A DNA stretch of 64,000 nt from Euglena gracilis (lineage: Eukaryota), in NCBI GenBank assembly GCA_039621445.1, contig CP154954.1, positions 13,262,716-13,326,715 on the forward strand, given 5' to 3'. Position numbers and translations under genes: made by a program. The notes under the pieces were generated by a model. The model made no database searches, had not been told where the DNA came from, and worked only from the letters and a program-made list of their open reading frames with translations. Positions 60,993 to 64,000 of this stretch are shown here, in pieces; position 1 is the first letter of the stretch; the number at the start of each line of letters is the position of its first letter.

Positions 60993-62948
60993 CATTTAAA
61001 TAAACTCACCCTCACTGAACCACCCGGGGGGTCATGGCGTCCTGTTTGGCGGTCGTTTTGGTGGCCAGGGAGGATGTAAGTTGAGGTTTAGTGTGTAACC
61101 AAAAATGCCCCTTATTTTGCATCATGGGTGTGAAAGATGGTATTTTGCGCAGGTTAACGGTTTTTTACCAAAAATCTTAGAGGTTGGCAGGCCCACCACA
61201 CCTGTTTTTTCGACACACCGTGCAATTTTTGGTGCATTTTGTCTCTTTTTTCTTCATCATTTTCTTCCCTCTAGGGGTATGCCACAGCTTGGTGGTTGGC
61301 CCCAAGGTTATAAGTGGGGGGCGGGGGGGCGGGTTTGCACAGTATGTAGTATGTAGTATGTAGTATGTATGCATTTACACATGCATGGACATAACATACC
61401 TACATATATATACATACATATGCATACATGTATGCATACTACACACAGACACATATTCATACAATGTATATACGTGCACACACACACGTACATGTATATA
61501 TCAATATACCCAGGTAAATTATGCGACCCGCGGGTCGTGCAGTTGTACCAGGAAGAGGGGGTAGTGTGGTGGGACCCGGGTCCGACCTTCAGAAAAAGTT
61601 GGGGTCATTGATTGGGATGAGGTTAGGGTTACAACTGGCTTCCTGTGGGGTCCAATTTTTAGGAATTTAGGCAGAAGTTGGGCCGAATTTCAAACCAAGT
61701 TAGGGAGAATTTAGGCCAAATTCGAGGCAAATGGGTGGCCTGAAAATCTTCCCAAAATGGGACCTAACCTGACCTTTCCCTAAATATGGCCAATTTTCGG
61801 CACGCCAATCCCAACTCTGACCCTCTGCTTAAAGTTAAGTGTGAACTCTTTCCGAATCCGCCAACAATTGCCTGAAAACTGCGTCTTTCCCCGGCGCCGC
61901 CGGACCGAAAAGTCGAATAATGGACCCGGGTCCCACCTGCCGGTCGCATAGTTGTACAACTTCGTTATGCTATAGTCAGCATAACTTCAGCAGGTCCAAT
62001 CTTTGAACCTTTTTCTAAATAAACTTATTGCATTGTGTACCGCCGCTCTGCCGCCCTGGACGACTGGGTCAGGGGCATGCGCGGCTTCATGCGGGGGCTG
62101 GCGCTGTTGCAAGCGGGCTCCGGGGTGTGGCAAGGCCAGGGCCGGGCGGGGATGCGAGGGGACAACTGGCGCGGAACACACGGCGCGTGTGGTGGCCACG
62201 GGGACAACTCCATTCGTCGGCGTCCGCCACCCACAAAAAAACAAACACGTTGGCAGCACTGCCTGCGGCAATGTGGGAACTGACCCAACCCCCCCCCCCC
62301 GGGAAAGTTGGGCGGCCTGTTGTGGTTGGGGTCAGGAAACACAAAATTACCTTTGAAAACGGCAATTTTTCAGGCCGCCGGCAAACACCCCAAAAACCAA
62401 CCCCTCGCTTGCCTGCGGACAGAACACAACCCCCGCGGGTGCGCCCTGGGGTCAAAAGTGCCCCCCCCCCCCCGCTGCTTGCCCAAAACACGGGACAGGG
62501 GTTTGGGCCATCTTCAAAAAAATATATTTAAAGAAGAAAAGATAATAATAAGAAATAAATATAAATAAGAAAAAATAAATAAATAAATAAACAAGTAATA
62601 AAAATATAAAAATAAGAAAAAGAAAAAATATTATAAAAAAGAAGCCTGGCCAGCGCACCAGCCGGTGGGTATGATGCAAAATTAATCTGGACAATTAAAT
62701 AAATTGGAAAAAATGCAACTTGCCTACCTACCCCTCTTTTAAGGACCAGCACAATTATGTCTTAAGTCACTGGCACTGAATCACTCCGCCGCCTTTTCCC
62801 CGGGGTGGGGGGCGACCCTCCCCGGGGGGTTGAACGCACCTCGACGTCCACACCAACACCCCGCTCTCATTTCAACCCAGCTGGGGCAAGACCGCACTCT
62901 GGGCTCTGCCCCCAGCCCTGGGTGGGGCTCCCCCGGCGGTCGCTCACG

Positions 62949-63114
62949 GCCCCGCCGCTCCACCTCCTTCTCCTTCTCCTTCTCTCGCACCCGCGTTGAC
63001 ATGACGATCTCGCTGCGCTCCCGCTCCAACTCCTCCTCCCTCTCTGCCCGCGCGTCCACCGACGTGGGGGACAGCGTCAGCATCGGGACGACCGCTGGGC
63101 CCAGCCCCGACTGG
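62949..63114 (-). CDS. Candidate host exon
   Basis: GC3-rich frame PMLTLSPTSVDARAEREEELERERSEIVMSTRVREKEKEKEVERRG, bounded by a CAG and a GTGAG. Confidence 0.4.
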
Positions 63115-63128
63115 GGCTGTGTCAAACG

Positions 63129-63527
63129 TACCTCCCCCCCCCCTGTCTAAGCACCGGAAAAGATGGGTAAGAACCGGGGGGGTGGTGCTTATTTTGCCAA
63201 AATATGGGTAAGAACCAGGGGGGTGGTGCTTAGACAAGGGGGAAATTTTGACTGGGAAAAAAAAATCCGGCGCTTCGCGCCGAAAAGGGAAAATTCCCTT
63301 TATTTTGGAGGTCCACTGTTGAACTTACACACATTTGGATGCAGAAATCAACAATATCTCACCAAATCAGGTCTCAGAAATTGCAAAGATTTCTAAATTT
63401 TTGAGAAATTTCCCTTAAAAATGCACACAAAATAAACCTCCCCGTGACGATGACCTTTAAAAAGATGGGTAAGAACCGGGGGGGTGGTGCTTAGACAAGG
63501 GTGATGCTTAGACAAGGGGGGGGGGTA
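63129..63527. mobile_element. TA-flanked MITE
   Basis: TA-C-run-TGTCTAAGCA ... TGCTTAGACA-G-run-TA. Confidence 0.75.
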
Positions 63528-63529
63528 CG

Positions 63530-64000
<471 letters not shown>

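Noticed and set aside
61957-61990. loxP-like site / hairpin GTTATGCT-ATAGTC-AGCATAAC
   Set aside because: Only partial resemblance, a single occurrence, and no recombinase nearby.

Overview
Eukaryotic, repeat-saturated window (probably a protist; the host is not identifiable from sequence alone). It is dominated by nested transposable elements. Element A is a chromodomain-bearing Ty3/Gypsy element (5' part outside the window, 3' LTR at 24019-24659). It carries a ~1,840-codon accessory ORF after pol and an internal 6.63-kb tandem duplication. Element B (8146-20877, minus strand) is a young Gypsy/chromovirus inserted in that accessory ORF. Element D (28205-43007) is a non-autonomous TIR element with a 5-bp TSD, into which element C (30108-42070, plus strand, full LTRs, 4-bp TSD) has inserted. 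The main finding is that B and C, two distinct Gypsy families, each encode both a C5-cytosine DNA methyltransferase and a Dam-like amino (N6-adenine-type, NPP[F/W]) methyltransferase between Gag and the protease, in opposite orders, plus a chromodomain integrase. All copies here carry stops or frameshifts. The last 20 kb holds MITEs, a palindromic minisatellite, a 3.6-kb compound pentamer satellite, (CA)/(GT) tracts and scattered candidate exons of a minus-strand host gene. Domain calls are from motif recognition by eye; no database search was run.
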